A DNA stretch of 36,443 nt, taken from Catajapyx aquilonaris. Taxonomy: Eukaryota. The position numbers and the translations under genes are program-made. This document shows, piece by piece, positions 1-12,800 of the stretch (positions within the stretch are counted from its first letter, which is position 1; each line of letters starts with the position of its first letter). The notes under the pieces were generated by a model. The model was not told the origin of the DNA and did no database searches. It was given only the letters and a program-made list of their open reading frames with translations. The DNA lies in contig JYFJ02003908.1 in NCBI GenBank assembly GCA_000934665.2, positions 1-36,443 on the forward strand, read 5' to 3'.

Positions 1-666
1 ATGTTTTTTGGGGGAATTCGCGATTTTGACGAGCGTATATCTCTGAAACTATAACAGATACGTAAATAGTGAATAGAGACATTCTCATAGGGAATTTGAC
101 CAGCTTCAAATTTGTACATTACCACATTCTGGCTAGACCTACCCGATTTCGAGATATAATATAAAAACCAAAAAACCGTACCTTCTTCCCCCCCTCCCCC
201 CTTAGCCTCACCTCCTAGGTCCCGGGACTTTTAGTATGTTTACCTCCTAACTAGTCCAAACAAATCCCTGAGGTCAATTCTTGCCGTCCCGTCATTTCCG
301 TCTACACCCCCTTCATTGCCTGGACTATTAGGATTTCACAATAATTATGTAAAAAATATTTTTCACTCTCTCTCTCAAAAAAAAGATAAGTAATGAAATG
401 CCTGATGAGTGTAAAGGAAGAGTTCAGTCCTTCAGCACATTGGAATCCAAAAATCGCTGATTCACAATATATGCCACAAGTTTCAGTAACAAGAGTTAAA
501 AAAGACACGATAGACTATTTTTTAAAATTTGAAGCAAAAGTATTATTTTCTGCTTCAGTTCTATCACCCGCTAGTTGTTGTTTTTTTGCCTTTCTATAAC
601 TACTTTAGACATCAAAACAATTCTCGTAGCAATTAAAATTATGACCTTCGATCAGTTGAACAACCT

Positions 667-808
667 TCAATATAGAGCAACTTTCAAGATCCTGAAATAA
701 GTGCATCGGAAATTGAGAGCATTGGAACACCCCACATAGGCAACATAATATGTCGATACACTGGGCATTTGTGCATCCCGTGGAGCAGAAGGTGAATGTA
801 ATGATTTC
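667..808 (-). CDS. TDRD7: Putative TDRD7-like terminal exon (start of a truncated third Tudor-like segment)
   Basis: Acceptor gcttgcag; phase-2 frame reads KSLHSPSAPRDAQMPSVSTYYVAYVGCSNALNFRC.. then TGA at 669-667. Confidence 0.45.
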
Positions 809-3800
809 CTGCAAGCATACCACCAATCATCAGTACCAATAGTGGAACAATAAGCAGGTCTTAAGAAAGATCAATAAGGGTCACAATGCTTACATAGTGA
901 CATGAATAGCATATAAAAATTATAAGCGACACCAGGTGTAAGAAAAGGTCATACAAAGCAAACACCACATAAAGCAAGACCATCCAAATGCATGCCCTCT
1001 TTGCAACAACATGTGAAAAATATGTACTCACTGTGAATATCAATCAGCAACTTTTGATTCTTGTTGGAGAGGCTGTGAATGAAAACAAAACAATAATTAT
1101 TGGATTATGAGATTATGGATGATATTTTGGTCGTCAGTCCTCCTCACTCTGAACTTACCTTACGCTGGGCCTGCTGTATTTATCCGAACCCAGGGCAACT
1201 GTCACGTCATTCTGGGAAACAATCTTCTTGAGAACCACTTCAGGGACGGGCGAGGCAGTGGCTCCATTCACAGCCTTTCCCAAGGACACTGCCTTGATAA
1301 GGACACTCTCCTCCTTTTCAAACATGTCCCAGAAACGTTCCAACGATATGGAACTCTTCCCGGAAAGCTGGCACTCAATGGCCTGGAGTGGAGCAACAAA
1401 TGCATCAGGTTTGGGCTGAATCAAGGCACAACACTGATAAAGTGCAACTCTGATCGCAATGTGGGCAGTCAAAGCACATTCTTTCCCAGTTTCCAAGTGA
1501 AAATGAACCATGTACAAAAGATCCCATTTCATTACGCTCATTTTTCCCACTAGCAGGGTGCCCAGAATTTCCCTAGATAACCCTAGTTTGTACCTGGACC
1601 TACAGCAACGAATCCATAGGATCTTCCAGGCTAACAGGCAAGTATCAAATGAAGAAATCTTTGCCTCAACACATACTTCAGACAAAAAGGCAATCAAGCA
1701 TTGCATTGCCATCTAACCATCTTGCAAATAGCCGACATTACTCAATACGTGCTCTTCTATTAACTGCACAACAAGACCATTAAAAACGTCTTACCTGTGC
1801 TGGAATGCTGGCGAGTTTACTACCCAATACTGGCAAAGGCCAATTCACAGCAGGGTTAACTGGGTAATCAAGGTCAGCCAGAGAGTAGATGTCATCCAAG
1901 CTGAGATCCAGCCATTCGCCCAAATCCATTGCGAACATGGTGATCTGTGAACATAAAAATATGCAATTTTTAGTACGTGGCTGAGCATCAGCGAAATATT
2001 CACTGCAAGAGATGCTTGCAGCTAATGAAATTAGTCTGTTTTTGTAACTGTGTTGGTATGCAAGCTTCTAAATATCCGGGTAACTCATTCTGTAAGAACT
2101 CTAATTTCCAAATTTTCGTGCATTGAGTGCCAAGCCTGTATAAAACAAAGGTGACCAGCAGCTTTAACGTGGGGTACCTGTCCAGTAGATACAATCAAAA
2201 TTATGCCCATAGTTCAACTTACCTTCCCCGACGCATCTGGGATGGTGGTGGTAGGTGTCACTCGGCATGGCCTGTCTTCTTCATCTTTAGTAGGATAAAA
2301 TGCCAAGTAAACACCCCCCATGGCCACACGGTCCACAGGCTTGGCATTGTCGTCCATTGAGCTGGCAACATAATCCACAAGCATGTCCACATGTGAACTG
2401 AGTTCCCTCAAGGTGCGTACATATATCCGGCCATCGGACTTGGCGTTCAGCAGGATGCACTCTGTCGCATCCTTTGTCTGCAAAATCCACATCAAAAGCA
2501 GCCATTAAAAGGGTGAAGTTGCCAAGGTACGGTTAGGTAAGCCTAAGTTATGCTTAGGTGCTCAGATGAGAGAATCTATTGCCCCATCCTTTTACAGGTG
2601 CATCACAATACTGCAAACTTAAACATTCCACCATTCGGGGCCTTAAATTATGCAGGCTGACTGCATTTCCCTGGTGATGTAATTGAAAATAATAACTTAG
2701 GAGTGAAATTCTCAACTGGAATGTTAGTTCACGAATGTACATTTTCTTTTACATGTAATGACATATTTCGAGCATATTTTATTGCTAATCTGTCCCAAGT
2801 GGCATTGGAAGTCTTAAAAATGGAGAAAACCAAGTGATGAGTAGACCATTTGAATTGGCATGGCATCTTTCTGATCTTCAAAAGCAAAATTAATTAAACA
2901 GGACAATAAAGTATTGTTTGGTTCATGAACACAGCCACATGGACACTGGACCTGGTTCCAGCCAAATAGACTACATGGTTTCTAGGCCCAGTAATTCAAA
3001 CCTCGAGACAAAAGTTGACGACCAATACGTCAACTTGTCATCTGACTGCAAGACCTAAATTGGCTCCTAACTGTTCCTGTATTATTTTAAACCCATGCCA
3101 TGTTTCAAAGTACTGTAATTTACAAGCAAAGGAAAGCCATGGGGTGGGCAAAAACCGCTTATCATTTTTGACATTACTGTCAAAAAACTTTTCCCATAAA
3201 CTTATGCCCAAGTAAGCACCTTCCAATGTACATTACAGAAAATATTCAGCTGGCATTTAAAAAAAAACAAAAAAAAACAACTTTTGCTACAGCTCTTCAC
3301 TTCTTCAAACAATAGTTTTGTTTCCAACTACTGCTAAAATCTTCCAAAAATGTTGCAGATTTTACTACAAATTTGAGGAAGATCTAGACTACAAGCATTA
3401 GTGGGTCATTTTAAGCTGCACCTGTCATCATAAAGTTTTGGTAACAAAACTCAGTGAAATGAAATCCTTTCTGGAGTTACGGATCATGCACTCCTTGCAA
3501 AATTGCAAAATAAAGACAAGTGCAAAACGGTGCCACACAATGTCACACTGATGCGATTACTCATTACTAATAGAGCAATGTTTCAGTGAGAAGAAAAGAG
3601 TGCCTATGTGCAATCCCGTCATCAGTACCTTATAAATAATGTCCCCTACTTTATTAACCATGGAAACGTGACGTGCTTGAAAGTTACCGGAATCGTGCCG
3701 TGGGGTCGTTTAGGACCCCATGCCATATTTTAATTATGATTAATTTTGACGTAATACTTTTCAATGTATTGACTATATGCAATCATTCTTTGAACAACGC

Positions 3801-6800
3801 CTAAAATGATCGCTAATTCAAAATAAACATGCACATCCTGTTATATACTTTTTTTAAATGGCAAACAGTTCATTGCAATTGTAATTTCAATGCATTTTAA
3901 TTCCTTTGGGGTTCTAAAAGACCCCACGCCATGGTTCCAGGGTTAATTGTGTAGGTATTACATGTGACAAATATTCGAGCAACAAAAAAATTAGTTCGCA
4001 ACTACAAGTCAATAAAGTGACAAAATTGCTATGGAATTGCTAAAAACACTTTTGACCAACTGAAGACAAATGGCATGCATTTCACAAGACACCACCAATT
4101 AAAATATTAAAATATATTGAATAGCTACAAGTAAATCTTCATAAGCTACACCACAAGCGCAGTGTCTCATGCTCATGTGAATGCATTTCTTTCCCTTCAT
4201 TGCAAGTGGTTTTTCCTTCTGCTCTTGGACAGGATCCTGTCTGCAGATCAGAATAGGAAAAATCACATTTTGAGGCACTGACCAAGCAAAAATTAAAAAA
4301 ATTAAAAACACCAGATGCAGCATCAGCATCCACTGGATTCATGTGAATGCACCGCAATAATATGTAAATAAAAATGGCAGTAAACCAAGCTACAAGTTTC
4401 ACTCAACAAACTGAACTAATTATTAACCATTGCCTCATATTTACAAGATTGGAATCCATCCTGGTGCAATCCTGAGCCAGCTGCAAGTACACAACACCAT
4501 ATTCTTACACTGTACAAATCTTTACCAAGTAGAAGGCAAGCTATAGCTGACATTGAACACCAGCTTCTTTAAATCTACTCAAATATTGCACCTACTTCAA
4601 CACCTTGAGAAACACACAGCCCTGCTCTATAATGTCCTTATAATATATCAATTAGTTTGCTAATTTGTAAGCAAGTTGAGACTTGCTAATACCAAACATA
4701 CATGAGGGCCATTCACTCACGCCACTAAAATCCCGATCTTCCCCAAGAAGATCATGATTATATTGTGTTTAGATGTGCCATTCCCTTTGCCGATCACGAC
4801 TACAAAGGGTGGTTCTGGGAAACCAAGCTGGTTACCAGGAAACTGATCACGATCCTGACGGCACTCCCAGTCTGGACTAGTTCCTAGCCGAGTTCCTAGC
4901 CAACATGGCGGCTCTCTCCTTGGCCCCTTCTGCCGCCTCGCCCTGGGGGCACAGCCAGGACCTGCGCAGTAACGCAGATAACATGCCTCCATGATATTAG
5001 GGCCAGGCCTATTGTATGGTCACCCACGTTTTTTGCTGTGAGCCGAATCGAGAGTAATTTTTTCGCCAGGCGTGCTTCCACCGCCATCTACCGAAAATCA
5101 CAAAAAGTACGTGACTCGTGTGAACGGTCTTCCCGCGATCATGATTATACCGTCCAGAAATCATGATCTTCTCAGGGCAAACCATGATTTTAGTGGCGTG
5201 TGTGAATGGCCTTATGGTTGTATAGAAATCCTCATCCCTACAAATTTCTTCCGCCATGCTGGTGTTCTATAGATCGGTCGCTATACGTACGCAACCGAGT
5301 GGCCAATTTTATTGCAGGAATTTTATTACAAACTGTATTCCTTCATGTAATAAAATTGGCCACTCGGTTGCGTTCATATAGAGACCGACCTATACTTCCC
5401 CTTCCCTCTGTTGGGTCATTTTGGCATGAATCCTCACCATTTACATCAATTGCAAAGTCACTTCTCTCTCTTCAAAGAACAGCAAGGAAAACATTGCCTT
5501 TGGGACCGAGAGAGAGAGTGAGTTTCAAACTGTCACAAATGTGATGACGTAATATCTGTACAGCCCCTTCGGATTCCAACACAATACAGGGTGGGTAAGA
5601 AGTGGTCACATTCCTAAAGAAAATAATTTCTGAAAGTATTAATAATTACACCTGCTTTTAACAAAATCCCAAAAAGTTTAAATCACTTTCATACATACTG
5701 ATTGTGTGTCTGTATGTGCAATAGAAATGTAAAGTTCAAAAGCAATTTCCAACAAATAATGTGAATTTACTTAATTTCAAATCAACATTCCTCTAAAAGG
5801 CATACATCATACATAAAACCCTGCTGCACTCTACAAGATTTCCCAAAATCAAAATAACTAGATTTATCTTGTATAAGGTCATCATCCCTCATCAAATGCA
5901 TCGCTTGCATTTTCAAAAATATTCTCCAACCACTCTTACCGTAAGAAGGGGATTATGGTCCAATAGTGCAGTCAAGATATCCGTAATAATGTTGCCATTA
6001 ACATGCACATCTTCTGCACCAGATGTATCGATGAGGCTCACGCAGGTGACCTCCTCCTCTTCACTGCCCTCGTTTACAAGATATTCTTCACCTGGCTGAT
6101 GCATAGCTAGCAGACATCGATCCGAGTTGACATATTGATGCAATACAGTTTGCGCAATACTCGAATCTGCAAACCAGGACAGGCCATACAGGTGGAACTT
6201 GACAGCCTGAAAGAATAAGAAACAACACCTTTACTTCAAATTTATTCCTGCAGCACCAATTTCCTCTCAGTTATCATTTATCACTAGGTGCCTGTGGAAG
6301 GCAACAACAGTCCCAAACACATGGGCAGGCAATGTCCCCATCCCTGATGCTAATCATGACGCCACCTGCAGTCACTTGACACCTCCCACTGACTTCAAAC
6401 TTTGAAAATCCTTCTCGGTTTAGAGAGCCCAAACTATTTCACACTTTCACAGGTATGCTTTTTGTACGTCATGCGATGTTTTAAAATTAGTATTTTAAGT
6501 TCAAACTTTTGAGACAGTAGCCCCTGCCGGGAATATCACACACCCTTTGTAATTTTGTTTTAAATTCGGGATCCTTTATGACCTGACATCCTATGGCTAT
6601 GTCACCTCAGGTATTACCTGGTAAGGAAGCTGGAGAAATTTCTTCTGCATCCTCCGCAGTTGCGATACAGAAAACTCCTCTTCCGAACCATGGTCCACCA
6701 GATAGCAGAGGCATTTTACACCGCTTTCCTCCCCTCCATCTTCTCCTTCCCCAACTCGAACGAGAACCACTCTGTAGCAGGTTTGGTCCTCAATAACGAT

Positions 6801-9800
6801 GTATGGGTCATTCTCGACTAATTCTTCCACAGTCAAGGGAACCAAGTACCCGTCATCACCAGTGGCTCCACTTCCTTGCACTGCACCCAGGTAAAACATT
6901 TCCATCTCCGTAATAAGATCGGCACACCTGCAAGAGGACACAAAATGGTAGTGGAAATTCTTGCCATAGGTCAAACTCACATAGGCATTGCATGACCCAT
7001 TCGAGATTAGAACAAGGAAAGAAGTTCAGTAACAATCATGGGGTGCAAAAATTTAGTTTTTGAGCCTACACATCTGAAAGTTTGTTCCCAAGCTTGCAAG
7101 AAACAGCCTTAGAAAGTGAGCGAATGAACCCCATCCACAAGTTCGAGAATTGGCTTCTTTTCTCACTTGTGCTTTTGCTAAGGCCATTTCTTGCAGGTGG
7201 GGAACACAGTCCACCAATAACAATAAATTTATGACGACAACTCCACGAACAGAAGCACTGTCATTCCAAATATTACCTCGGACCTCAGCAGTTTAACTTA
7301 AATGTTGAGATTGATAAGCACATATTCTGTGTTTGTAAAACAATAAGAGCAAAATCATTCCCTTCAGTGAAAAAAAGGGTAGTAAGACCTCCGTGGCAGA
7401 ATGAAAGTACTGAAACAAGGCAGGCGCACGTAAGACCTTCACCAATTGATTTACGTTGCTCCATAGGTCTTACTCAAGCAATTTCCAATTCATGACTCAT
7501 ACAGTCGCTTTTCTGAAAACAATGGGTGGAATAATTTGCATCATACTACTATACGATTGGTGTGAATTTATGCCCATTAAACATTCATGCAGAATTGTCA
7601 CCTCTTTCATATACGGATTTTAACTCCATGTGTAATTTTTGACATGTAGATGTAAATTGGTGAATTTTAGAGGGTGTTTTTCGATTGCGTGCATTTTTAG
7701 GAGAGAAAATTTCCAAGTCTGTGAGGATGGGTTCCGTTTTTTCCGTTTTTTTCCCCTTTCAAAATGAAACCGTTCCCACTGCTCTGAGTAGTTTGCAGTA
7801 GTAATTTTTACAAGCCGCTCCTTACAGTACTTCAGAATTGCTTGAGTAAGACGTATGGTACAGTGTTGGACACATGTCGAGGCATACTGGTAGCGACATT
7901 TTCTGAAGCGGCAGAAGAAGGAATCTTGCTCGTACGGCTTGCAGTATCCTTATCTTTGATTCCTTCTTTTGTGGCTTCGGAAAATGTCGCATGCCGCCAG
8001 TGCCTTGAATGACTCGATTAATGTCCAATTTTGTACAGCTTAAATCAATTGGTGAAGGTCTTACGTGCGCCTGCCTTGTTTCAATAATTTCATCCACCAC
8101 GGAGGTCTTCCTACCCTCTTTTTCACTGAAGGGAATGTTTTTGCTCTTATTTCAGTTCTTTTTAAAACCCCTTTGCTACCAGCTATACCGCCATCACCTA
8201 GATTTTCTCATACGCGTACTGTGAAGATAAGGACAAGATATTTTACAAATAATAACAGATATAGTGCTATATGTATCATATTTACACATTCATGCTCTAT
8301 GGCAGTGTTTCCCAATTTCTTTCGCTGGTGACCCCAAAACATCTTGTAAAATTTGCGATCCCCTATATGTGCACATTTTGATCCGCCAACGTGAAAAGAC
8401 AGGTAAACAGTGAAATGACCTTACCTTATGGTCATGAACTCATGATTGTCAAGATAGATAGCATCATTTTGTGACAATAATTTGTTACCCTCCATCCTGA
8501 CCCCAAATATTATTTGACCCACAATTTGGGAAGCACTGCTCTACGGTCTACACTACGAATGTGTCGGAGATGATATTCCTTGTCTAGAAGTCCCCAAAAT
8601 AATTTCCATAAAGATCAACGTAAAAAAACGAAATTAGAGTGCTATCGGCCAACTGTTACGTCTGATTTAATTATGAAATAGCCACGTTAAAATCTACGGA
8701 ATATCTACCTTGCGAACAGGGTCAGACGAATTTGCTGAAATCGTGGTACTTTGCGAGAATTAAATCAATACTTATCTGCGGTTGCCTCCGTCACATCTGA
8801 AATCATCCTAACTTATTTAATTCTTGTGAAATACAACGATTTCAGCACATTTGTCTGACATGGTTCTCAAGGTAGGTATTCCGCATGTTGTTTCATAATT
8901 AAATTTCAGAATTAAATCAGCTAAACAGTTCGCAAGTACTACCCAAAGTTAGAGTTTTTACGGTGATCTTATATCCGTAAGTATAGCTGTTATTATTGTT
9001 TTGAAAAAATTTCTTGTCCTTCACAGTACTCTCCAATTCACATAAGAGTGAACCTTCTTCAATATGCATACGCCCGAGGGGTCGGTGAGCCGCCCGAAAG
9101 TAGTGCCCAACATGCCGGGCCCTCCTGTTCTTCACAACAAAATGTGCCGTTTGTGTAGCGCTGCAGCTCCCGCATGGGCTGCCTATGATAATTAGGCATT
9201 CGAATTACATGTACCAGCACTGTTTCTCCAAGAAAGCCATAGATACCGGGGACTAATTTTGAGGCGCGGCAGCTCACTGACCCCTCGGCGTATGGGTATC
9301 CAAAAAGGTTCACACTTATGTGAATCGGAGTGTATGTGTAAGCGAAAATCTAGCCGATGGCGATATAGCAGATAGCGAAGGGGTTAATAGTACAGTTGAA
9401 TCCAGCTGTAACCGACTTCCTGAGATCGTGGAAAAAAGTCTGTTATAACGAGGTCTGTTGTAGCCATATCATCACTTTTGCAATGAAAACAAAACTCATT
9501 TGAATGTAACTGAACCTCCAAATTTCGACTCACTTGTCATTGTGATCCTTCCCAACGAATCGGATTGCAACCTCACACCCACTGATCATCTCAGTAATTA
9601 ACACGTCGTATGCAGAATCCAATGTATCACTGGGTGGTGGAAGTTCCAGTTGAGGTGGAAACTGGTCATTAGCAGCTGCCTCACCACTTCCATGGTCTGG
9701 CTCACCACTTATGCCATGGTCTGGCTCACCACTTATGCCATGGTCTGGCTCACCACTTATGCCATGGTCTGGCTCACTACTACCTTCTTGGTCGTGGGGG

Positions 9801-12800
9801 ATGTAGGTGATGATGTAAAGGTTAGAAGCTCCTGTGATGACGCTGAAGTCAGAGGATTCGCTTATCACATCCATCCAGTTTTCCGGAAGTTCCTCCTTGA
9901 ACATATCAGCATAATCTCGCTCCAGATTGTCTTTGAACACTCCTCTGCTATGCTTAGAGAGCAGAGATTTCAGCTGTGCAAGGAGGAGCACTGTGGTGGA
10001 TGTCTTAGGAAGAACAGATGCCCCGGAATATGAAACATTCCCAGTCACAGACGAGGAAGATGCAGCAAGAATCCTCTTCTTGGTTCCCTCCATTGCTCTC
10101 TGGCAGGCCACTACTTCTGCTTCGTCACATGAGGTGAACTCCTGCTCTCCATATGAAGTGTACTTCTCGCCACCTACTGTCACCACCGTCAAGTACCTGA
10201 ATGAAAAATTCAATTAATGCAGATATCTCCATCTGCTCTCAAGAACTGCAAGAGCAAAATTAGTGATGATTATCATCACAAAGGCACATCTGCAGAGGTT
10301 TTGAAATCATTCCTCGATTGTTACATGCTGCCTGACCAGTGTGGACTCTGGTTCCAACTTGACCTTGCTATGTGGGGATGAACTGCCACTATGAATATAA
10401 AGTGGGACTCAACCCCTTCTCAACTGGGGGTCAACCCTGACACCACATTCTAAAATCCATTATGTATACATGCGTAAACACCTGCTAGCAAGAGGCAATG
10501 CTCCCGAAACACACATGGAGTTAAGACCTTAAAACCAGACACACAGCAATGCGTGATTTCAAGGTATTGCCAAGATAAACATGGGAGGGCCTTGAAGTTA
10601 CATGCATATATTTCTCCCTCAATCCATCATTTCATCTCAGCCTGAATACAACAACAACAACATACTTTGGATTACGGCCCTTGATGTGCTTGACGACCAC
10701 TTCTCCAAGATCGTACTTTCGGGCATGGGCCACCAGAATGGCCTTTGCAGAGGTGCCCATGATGGCTTCAGCAGGGGTGTCTACAACCCTCTTGATCAGA
10801 GTAGTGGTCTCCGGAAAGGAATTAGGCAGAGCATTTGAACTGCCAGCTGAGTCAGCAGGTGTCCTGACACTGTTCGACACTGAGCCAACAGTAAAGCTCT
10901 TAGGGATGGCAGGGGTGGGAGCTGGGATCTGAGCAGGAGGGATGAACTGAGGCATGGCACTTTGGTTCTGGACTGGGGCAATGGATGACTTTTGGTTAGT
11001 GGTAGAACGAGGCATCTGGTGAGGCATCCGGGGAAGAGCTTGCATACTGGTGGGTTGTGCACTAGGTACAATTTTAGGATAGATAACTGCTTCCTCCTTA
11101 GCAGGAACCGATTTCTGACCTATCTCCACCCTGCCTAACCCTCCATTCATCTGAGCAGGAGTGATGCCATTTTTAAAAGTGGTCACCTGTCGAGGCTCCT
11201 CTTCCCCTCTGCCAGTAAAGGTCACCTGAAATAGATACGACACCTCTCATCAGACAAGATTGCAGTGCTACACTGAACTCCTATAAGACATGTCCAATTA
11301 CTGTAGGTTCATTGGAAGACTGAAGCACTTGACAAAATATTTGCAAATTAATAATCACTTGCAAGTGGATATGCAAGGTGGCCTGCATTTTCTAATTTGA
11401 CAGTGCCTGGGATAAGTTTTTTTTAAACCTTCAAATGCATGTTGATTTTTTCTATGCACAGTGCAGTGTTGGACATTAATCGAGTCATACTGCAAACGAC
11501 ATTTTCCGATGCGGCAGAAGAACGAATCTTGCTCGCATTGCTTGCACTATCCACATCTTCAATTCATTCTTCTGCCGCTTCGGAAAATGTCGCTAGCAGT
11601 ATGACTCGATTATGTCCAACACGGTACATCATAATATGCATGATGGCATGAAATGATTTTAGAGGAAAAATTCAGTTTATCTGGAGAATGTAGCCATTGT
11701 GGAATAAACTGCACAGGCCACAGTGACTCAGGATGCAATTAATCTCGTTTCTCTGTTAAGCTTCCATCTGAAAACAGTCAATAAAAACCCCAAAAAAACT
11801 TTCCATAACTGGGAGTCCTTTTGGCATACGTTGAAATGCAGGTCAGGACACCACAACTGACACACTTTTGACAGCAACCATCGCTCCATGAATAACTAGA
11901 CACCAACATATCTAGTTCTTTTGATTCTCTAAGGCGGACTGCTGTTTTCTTGTGCTTGGGAGTCTTTGTGGCAGGAGGGAGGCAGTAGGGGTAATAGTGT
12001 GGTGTGATGGGGAGGTGGTCTAGTGTGATTGGCGGAGCAGGACTAAGAATAAATCCCCCTCACACTACTGTATACCATAGGCTATGTAGAATGTACCAAT
12101 ATACAGTATAATGTAGCAATGGCCAGGGCTGAGCTCACCCTAAAATCTCCCCGCACGGCTTCCGCGGCTCGGGAAGAAACTCCTCCCCAAGCACCATTTC
12201 TAGAGGGGACATCATTTCTAGAGGGGACATCATTGCCACGAGAGCTATCACCCCAGGCACCAGCTGCACTCCACGAACTTCCTCTCTCTTGCATGTAGCT
12301 TTGTCCTGCTTGGGGACCCCATTTGTTTTTCTGAAGCCTTGGTGGCAACGAAGAAGTTGCCTGTCTCTGGTAGGATCCCCTACTGAAGGAAAATCCCCCT
12401 CTTCCGCCTCTCCCACGGGAGAATCCACTTCCCCCTCTCTTGTGTGCAGGAAATCTGATTGAAGGTGGCTTGTACGCCCTTCCTTTGGCCCTGCTGCGGC
12501 TGCTGGTCTTGCTACGGGCGACCAAGTCAACAATGTGCTGAGTGGACTCGTCTTGCACGGCGGTTACCATGTCCCCTCTTACCCTGAACATGTTGGGGTG
12601 CTTCCCCAGCATGTCCTGGACAGACGTGTAGCCAAACCGTGAGAAAGGAACATGCCGGCCTTCCATCGCCCTGAATTCTCCTGTAAGAGTCAAGAGATTA
12701 TTGAGCACAGTTGTGGCCTTAAGCATACCTTGTTATTTATGAACTTAAATCTGCATCAATTCAGAATTTATTGGTATTTGCACAAGTCCAATTTTTTTTT

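Noticed and set aside
1107..1553. 148-aa plus-strand ORF and other short antisense ORFs over the TDRD7 and PABPC exons
   Set aside because: Antisense shadows of real exons with no recognisable homology
2834..2875. GTGATGA...CTGA box C/D-like pair
   Set aside because: Only ~41 nt long and on the strand opposite the host gene
4380..4540. Minus-strand stretch reading LVKICTV*EYGVVYLQL, faintly Tudor-like
   Set aside because: In-frame stops, and the flanking exons already join in phase without it
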